Assembly: GCA_965218435.1 (NCBI GenBank)
Contig: CBDCKW010000009.1
Location: 3,520,001 to 3,584,000 of the forward strand
Source: Truepera sp.
GTDB lineage: Bacteria; Deinococcota; Deinococci; Deinococcales; Trueperaceae
Direction: 5' to 3'
DNA length: 64,000 bases
The notes below the pieces were generated by a model. It did not search any database, was not told the DNA's origin, and was given only the letters and a program-made list of their open reading frames with translations. Below are positions 58,549 through 64,000 of the stretch, piece after piece (position 1 is the first letter of the stretch; each line of letters starts with the position of its first letter). A program made the translations under genes and the position numbers.

Positions 58549-59769
58549 TTAGCGGCGAGCTTCTTTGTACGTTTGCTCGAGCACCCCGATCAGCTCGGCA
58601 GCGAGGCCGTCTCTGGAAAAGCGGTCTTCGGCCAGTTGACGCGCCTGCCGACCCGCGCTTTTCAGCCACGCCTCGTCACGTAACGCCCTCAGCAGCGTAT
58701 CTTTCGCCTTATCCATGTCGTGCGGGTCAAGTACCAAACCGGCCCCGGTTTCGCGTAAAATATCGGCCTGCCAGCCGCCGTAATTGATCAGTACCGGCCT
58801 TCCGGCAGCGAGCCCGTCGAAAAACTTGTTCGCCGAATTGACCCACATCTCTTTCAGGTCAATAAATAACGACGAGGCGAACGTTGCTGCCGAGAGCACT
58901 GCCGGAACCTGCTTTTTGGGAATCGGCCCCGGCATAAAGAGCGTTTCATCAAAAACGCCGAGTTCCTGAGCGCGAGCTTTAAGATTGTTGTAATCATACC
59001 CGCCGCCGTAAACCGCGAAGCGCACGTCAGGCGCTTCGGCGCGGACCTTGGCGGCGAGGTCGGCCATATACGGCACGCCGTTAATCTGGCCCATCGTACC
59101 GACGTAGACGATAAACGGCCGGTCGCCCAGCCACGCGTGCTCAGCCCGGTACGCGTCACCCGCCGACTTCGGCACGTCAAAAAGGGCTAAGTCACAGCTG
59201 TTGGGGATGACGTGAACGCGTTCCGCCGGATAGCCGGTGTTGACGATACCCTCTTTCATTCCCGGTGAGAGGGCGATCACCTGCGCGGCGTTGCGGTAGG
59301 CAAAACGCTCGAGCCTTTTGGCGGCGTAGATGGTCGGCTCCCCTTTCAGTGCGCCTATTGCAATCGGGAGTTCCGGCCAGAGGTCGCGGACTTCAAACAC
59401 CATCGGCACACGCCGGCGTCTAGCTGCCCACACTGCCGGGAGCGCAATGGTGAGCGGCGTGCTGCTCGCAAAGATCAGGTCAGTTGGGAGACTCGCCGCC
59501 TTTTGCGCTGCGCCGCGGGCATAGTTAAAAAACGCGCCAATACGGTCGCGGACGCTCATCGTATTCGAGTACGGCACCGGCAACCAATGAACGCGAATGC
59601 CGGCTTCGTCTGAGACACGCCAGCCGCTCCCTGGCGCTGCGTGCCGGTCGGCCGTAATCAGGTTGACCTCGTGCCCGCGTGCTACGAAACGGCGGGCCAT
59701 TTCGTAAGACCTGGTGCTGCCGGGAACCTCGGGCGTGTGAAAATACTGGTGCAAGTAGGTGATCTTCAT
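58549..59769 (-). CDS. Glycosyltransferase family 4 (WbuB-like)
   Basis: YLHQYF, FEVRDLWPE, VIPNSCD, NSANKFFD.LAAGRP. Confidence 0.9.
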   Translation of the reverse strand: MKITYLHQYFHTPEVPGSTRSYEMARRFVARGHEVNLITADRHAAPGSGWRVSDEAGIRVHWLPVPYSNTMSVRDRIGAFFNYARGAAQKAASLPTDLIFASSTPLTIALPAVWAARRRRVPMVFEVRDLWPELPIAIGALKGEPTIYAAKRLERFAYRNAAQVIALSPGMKEGIVNTGYPAERVHVIPNSCDLALFDVPKSAGDAYRAEHAWLGDRPFIVYVGTMGQINGVPYMADLAAKVRAEAPDVRFAVYGGGYDYNNLKARAQELGVFDETLFMPGPIPKKQVPAVLSAATFASSLFIDLKEMWVNSANKFFDGLAAGRPVLINYGGWQADILRETGAGLVLDPHDMDKAKDTLLRALRDEAWLKSAGRQARQLAEDRFSRDGLAAELIGVLEQTYKEARR

Positions 59770-59791
59770 AGGCTTATCGTCTCATACGGGC

Positions 59792-61030
59792 TTACTTAGG
59801 CGCTGTACGAGGTGAGCTGCGAGCCGCCTGGAACTTGGCCTCGAGCTTGTCTACCACGCCGCCGATGTCGTACTCGGCCATCACCCGGTCGCGGCCACGC
59901 TGCCCCTGTCTGAGCCGTTCGGGTTCGTTGCGAACAAACAGTGTCAATGCGTCCGCTAAACTGCCGACATCTTCCGGTGGAATCAGCTGCCCGCTTCCCG
60001 CTGTCAGCAGTTCACGAGTACCGCCAACGTCGGTGGCAATCGCCGGGAGTCCCCGCGACATCGCCTCGAGGAGCGCAATCGAGATGCCTTCGTGTAGACT
60101 CGGCAACACAAACGCGTCGTAACGGCCTTCGCTATAGCTGTCTAGTAATTCGGTATGGTCTACGTTCCCTAAAAAGGTTACTTGCTCGGTAATGCCTAAA
60201 ACTTGGGCCTGCGTCACAAGCGCGTCCCTTTCGGGGCCGTTTCCGGCGAAGCTGATCTGAACGTTGATCCCCTGGGTTTGGAGGCGGTGGACGGCCCCCA
60301 ACAAAAACCGCTGGCCTTTACGCGGAATCAGGCTCCCGGTACAAGTTACCCGCAACTGCACACCGGGCGGCGGGGCAGTTTTCTCTAAAGGACGGTTGCT
60401 CAGCGGGACGCCCATCCGGATGATCTCGGCTTTTTGCTCGAGCGCGGGTCCGGCAACCGGACGGGCGAGCTCTAAGCCGTCTTCTGAAATAAAGCGGACG
60501 AAACGGGCGCTGTCAACTTTGGCCGGGAACGCGTTGGGTGTTTCGATGTCCCAGCGGTGCGCCGTAAAACTCCACGGCACGTCGCTCGTCTCGCCTGCGA
60601 CCAGCGCCATCGTCGCCGCGACCGACGCCCAATACGCGTGAATATGTTCAGCTCCCCAGCGACGGGCAAGGTCGGCGAGCCACATTGATTTGGGAAACGA
60701 GCCGAGATTTTTTCGCACCATCCACCGTTCAGGCAGGCCGACCAGGGTTCGGGAAAGCGCCCCTACTGCCCGTATAGGTGAACGGACAAAACCAGTTGGG
60801 GCTGCCTTTAACACGTTTTTTGATAAGAGCGCCTCGTAGTCCGTCAGCTCTAAAAAGGGTTCGGCGTCGCTATGAATCTCTGCGGAGTAACGCGTTACCG
60901 GGACGATCTTGAGGTCGTGACCCCGCCGCACCAGCTCGCGCATTTCCGGAAGGGCGAACACTTCGGTCACGCCGTAGGGTAGCGACGCAGTGACGTAAAT
61001 GATCTTCACCGGTTTGGCCCGGACGAACAC
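59792..61030 (-). CDS. Glycosyltransferase family 4
   Basis: HIHAYW, SFTAH..DI, RKG, PSLHEGISIALLEAM, TDVGG. Confidence 0.9.
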   Translation of the reverse strand: MFVRAKPVKIIYVTASLPYGVTEVFALPEMRELVRRGHDLKIVPVTRYSAEIHSDAEPFLELTDYEALLSKNVLKAAPTGFVRSPIRAVGALSRTLVGLPERWMVRKNLGSFPKSMWLADLARRWGAEHIHAYWASVAATMALVAGETSDVPWSFTAHRWDIETPNAFPAKVDSARFVRFISEDGLELARPVAGPALEQKAEIIRMGVPLSNRPLEKTAPPPGVQLRVTCTGSLIPRKGQRFLLGAVHRLQTQGINVQISFAGNGPERDALVTQAQVLGITEQVTFLGNVDHTELLDSYSEGRYDAFVLPSLHEGISIALLEAMSRGLPAIATDVGGTRELLTAGSGQLIPPEDVGSLADALTLFVRNEPERLRQGQRGRDRVMAEYDIGGVVDKLEAKFQAARSSPRTAPK

Positions 61031-61042
61031 CTGTTCCCACGT

Positions 61043-62161
61043 CTATGCATGAGCAGCCTCATGACCCGGTAAGAGAACGTCTAAATATTGCGGCAAAACA
61101 CGCGCTTCGGTAAAGTCGCACGCCCTGGTTTTGAGTGCGGGGTTCAGGGGCGCAGCTAACGTTGCCGAAATAGCCTCTGCCAGTGCCGGGGCGTCGCCTA
61201 CCGGCACCAACGGGGCCAGCCGACCCCCGTCTAAAATTTCTCTGGGACCGCTCGGACAGTCGGTGCTGACGACTTTGCAGCCGCACGCCATCGCCTGAAC
61301 GAGTGCGCCGGGGAGACCTTCAAATTTGGACGAAAGGACGAAGGTATCGGCGTGCGCCATGTAAGTAAACGGGTTGTCAACAAAACCGGGCAAGGCGACG
61401 GCGTGCTCAACGCCGAGTTCACGGGCGAGCGCCCCAAGTTTAGAACGCTGTTTGCCCTCGCCCAAAATCATCAGCCGCGCCGGACGCTCCTGAATGGCGG
61501 CGGCAAACGCTCTGACGAGCGTTGGAAAATCTTTTTGCGGTGCGAGCCGTCCGACGCCCAAAACGACGGGGGGTTCGCCGGGTGCGAACCACGGATGTAG
61601 GGGGGGTTGCTCTGCGCGTTCAAAAAGTTCAGGGGTCACAACCGGATTGTAAATCGTATGGATTTTTTTTAGATCGGTTTTCAGGTAACGCGCCAGATCG
61701 TCTGCGACGCCTTGGGAAACAGCGATGTGCGCGTCCGCCCACGGGTAAACGAGTTTGACCGACGTTTGTAATGACACCCCTCTAAAGCTCGAGGCCGGTT
61801 TGGGAAAAAGCATATTCGATTCGCGGATCACGGTGCGGGTCGGCACACGGGCGAGTTTACAAGCTAGCAGCGCAATCACGCTCGAGTGGTTGAGCGTTGC
61901 TAACAGTGCGGTGGGCCGAGCGCGGCGCAGGTAACGGACCAGCTTGGGCAAGCTGGCGCTGACACCCTTCGAGGCGAGGTCAACGATCTGGACGTCGGGC
62001 GCAACCAGTTCCAAGTAAGGCCCACGAGCTTCGGCCAGTACCAGATCGGTCTCAAACCCCCGCTCTACAAAACCGGCGGCCAAGTTGACCATCATACGCT
62101 CTGCGCCGCCGCCGTCGAGGTTAGGCAGGTAGAGTGACAAGGTGGGCTTACGTTTCGTCAT
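61043..62161 (-). CDS. Glycosyltransferase family 4
   Basis: GGGAER, IYNPV, GRLAPQKDF, SSKFEGLPGALVQAMACG, TDCPSGP. Confidence 0.92.
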   Translation of the reverse strand: MTKRKPTLSLYLPNLDGGGAERMMVNLAAGFVERGFETDLVLAEARGPYLELVAPDVQIVDLASKGVSASLPKLVRYLRRARPTALLATLNHSSVIALLACKLARVPTRTVIRESNMLFPKPASSFRGVSLQTSVKLVYPWADAHIAVSQGVADDLARYLKTDLKKIHTIYNPVVTPELFERAEQPPLHPWFAPGEPPVVLGVGRLAPQKDFPTLVRAFAAAIQERPARLMILGEGKQRSKLGALARELGVEHAVALPGFVDNPFTYMAHADTFVLSSKFEGLPGALVQAMACGCKVVSTDCPSGPREILDGGRLAPLVPVGDAPALAEAISATLAAPLNPALKTRACDFTEARVLPQYLDVLLPGHEAAHA

Positions 62162-62257
62162 GGGCGCAACCCCAGCTGCAAATCCGGATACGCCCGACTC
62201 GAGGGGGCATACGAGAACAGAGCATATGGGGATAGGTGAGAGCTTACCATCAAGTCC

Positions 62258-63811
62258 TTAGCGGTACTGCAGTTTGTTCATCTGAACGCGTATAGGTTTG
62301 GGAAAATAGACGCTTACGGTTTTCAAAATCCAGAGGCCGTCCTCACCTAAAAAGAACTTCGGTAAGACCCAGATCAGTACAAGTAGCGTCATACCGACAA
62401 CGCCTACTGCGCCGACTAAAACAGCCAGGTCAGGCCAAGCGAGACTGCGGAACATATCTGCTACCAACCAGGTCTCTAAAGCTGTCACGCCGGTAAGGAC
62501 CAGAGCCGGGACGTGAACCATAAAAAAGGTTGACCATTTCATCTCTGTAACTTTAAGGCTAAGCTGCGCCATCGACAAAAAGTTAAGGGCGATGGCGACA
62601 CTTACCCCAACGGCAACCCCGATGATCCCCTGGTAATGACCGATCCAAGTACCTGCAATAATAAGTGCCGCAAAGATAAGCTGCCGCAAGGCCCTTTGAA
62701 AAACAATCCCCGACGAGCGGCAGAGTGAGTCGCCCATCTTGTAACTCGTTCTAAACAGCATGGCGAAGGCGAATATCTTAAACGGCACGATGATAGGGTC
62801 CCAATTTTGACGGCGACCTAAAAGTACGTGGATAAACTCGGGGGCAAGAAAGAACAAAAACGCGCTGAGCGGCATGACGACGAGCGCAATAGCAACGACG
62901 CCGCGGCGGTACACAGCGCCGAGCGTTTTAGGCTCATCTTGTTTTTTAGACATGGCGGTAAAAAGCACCGAGTCCAAAACTTGCCCGAAATACTGTGAGG
63001 GCAGCACCATCAGCTGATAAGCGCGGCCGTAAAGCCCGACGGCTCGACCGCCCAGGGTTGCGCCGACAATGAGGTTGTCCGAAGTGCTGGCAATTTTATT
63101 AAAAACCTCTCCCAAAGTAAGGCCGGAGCCGAACGAAAGCAGTTCGCCTAAGGCTTTTCTGTTGAGCTGAAAGCCTTTGGGATGAGGCGAGGCGCGTAAA
63201 AAAAGCGCACTGTAAACGATCGATTGGCTGACCGAAGCCCATACCAGAGCCCACGCCCCGAACCCAAGCAGCGCTGTAGCGACGCCGATAACGCCGTACC
63301 CAATGGCATAAGCCGTCACGCCAAAGCGCGCTTTGATACGAAAGTTAAGGTTGCGGTAGTTGAGCGCCCGGGCCACTGCGCCGATACCGTTGACGATAAA
63401 AAGAAACGACATCCCTCTGACGATTTCTAAAAGGCCCGGAACATCGGGGTAAAAGCTTGCAAAAAAGGGTGCGATCAGCCAGATGACGGCGGTTACCAGC
63501 ACGCTTAAGATCATCGTAAAGGTAAAACCGGAGCGGATGTGATTTTCGTCGATGGTTTTGCGCTGAATGAGTGAGGGTGCAATCCCAAACTGGTAAAAAA
63601 ACCCGGCAAAGATCACAATAATGTTGGCGATGTTGACAACCCCAAACTCCGCCGGAGCGAGTAGGCGCGACAAGACGGCCAGCACCAAAAATTGCAAGAC
63701 AGCACTGATTCCGGTACTGGCAAACGACCAGAAAAAGCCTACGAGTGTAAGGTGAGTCAGGCTCTTTTTCTCTGCCTTACGCGGTTTAGCTTCTGCCACA
63801 AAAACTCCCAC
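62258..63811 (-). CDS. Polysaccharide flippase (Wzx/WzxC-like)
   Basis: LSRLLAPAEFG, many TM segments, GLYGRAYQL. Confidence 0.9.
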   Translation of the reverse strand: MGVFVAEAKPRKAEKKSLTHLTLVGFFWSFASTGISAVLQFLVLAVLSRLLAPAEFGVVNIANIIVIFAGFFYQFGIAPSLIQRKTIDENHIRSGFTFTMILSVLVTAVIWLIAPFFASFYPDVPGLLEIVRGMSFLFIVNGIGAVARALNYRNLNFRIKARFGVTAYAIGYGVIGVATALLGFGAWALVWASVSQSIVYSALFLRASPHPKGFQLNRKALGELLSFGSGLTLGEVFNKIASTSDNLIVGATLGGRAVGLYGRAYQLMVLPSQYFGQVLDSVLFTAMSKKQDEPKTLGAVYRRGVVAIALVVMPLSAFLFFLAPEFIHVLLGRRQNWDPIIVPFKIFAFAMLFRTSYKMGDSLCRSSGIVFQRALRQLIFAALIIAGTWIGHYQGIIGVAVGVSVAIALNFLSMAQLSLKVTEMKWSTFFMVHVPALVLTGVTALETWLVADMFRSLAWPDLAVLVGAVGVVGMTLLVLIWVLPKFFLGEDGLWILKTVSVYFPKPIRVQMNKLQYR

Positions 63812-63898
63812 TCAAAAGCCGAAAGAGGCTGACTCTTCGGCTAAAATAGTTCACCATAACAGCTCAGCCGCGCCTGTAGACTCAGCTGCGTCACAGAG

Positions 63899-64000
63899 TT
63901 AGTTGAGCTCACGGTCGAGCTGCAAATTGCGCGGTGGCTCGTCCTCATCCTCTAGATAAAGATAGTCGTCAATAGCCTCGAGCAAATCCCTAAGCCTCGG
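63899..64000 (-). CDS. C-terminal end of an upstream gene of the polysaccharide locus, product unknown
   Basis: Open frame PRLRDLLEAIDDYLYLEDEDEPPRNLQLDRELN* entering from the window edge. Confidence 0.5.
   Translation of the reverse strand, partial: PRLRDLLEAIDDYLYLEDEDEPPRNLQLDRELN

Noticed and set aside
1..64000. IS elements, prophage, integron, tRNA or rRNA
   Set aside because: No transposase, integrase, phage structural gene, attC-like array or tRNA/rRNA signature was recognised by eye.

Overview
A roughly 58-60% GC bacterial chromosomal segment, inferred from protein style and leaderless promoters to be Deinococcota, probably Truepera-like. Housekeeping genes: mfd, era, sbcD-sbcC, nrdR, accD-accA, a PccB-like carboxyltransferase, an ftsB-like gene and a rhodanese. 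Other content: an L-rhamnose/L-lactate catabolic operon, a sugar ABC transporter, an ECF sigma/anti-sigma/CHRD unit, a diheme peroxidase-cupredoxin pair, an exported Dps divergent from a two-component system, and the end of a polysaccharide locus followed by cysQ-sat-cysC. I recognised no rRNA, tRNA, CRISPR array, transposase or integrase. The most striking signal is the palindrome CTCGAG. It is over-represented more than tenfold in a hand count of the first 3.8 kb, in all reading frames and in intergenic DNA. Two accessory cassettes carrying defence-like genes (a solo HsdR-N-type nuclease, and an SDR plus an AT-richer DUF4062/TIR-like fusion) each have a left junction that duplicates their right flank up to a CTCGAG. 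This suggests a CTCGAG-anchored route of gene acquisition. Two candidate C-rich small RNAs, leaderless uORFs and many short tandem duplications at gene ends were also seen. All family assignments come from motif recognition by eye, not database searches.
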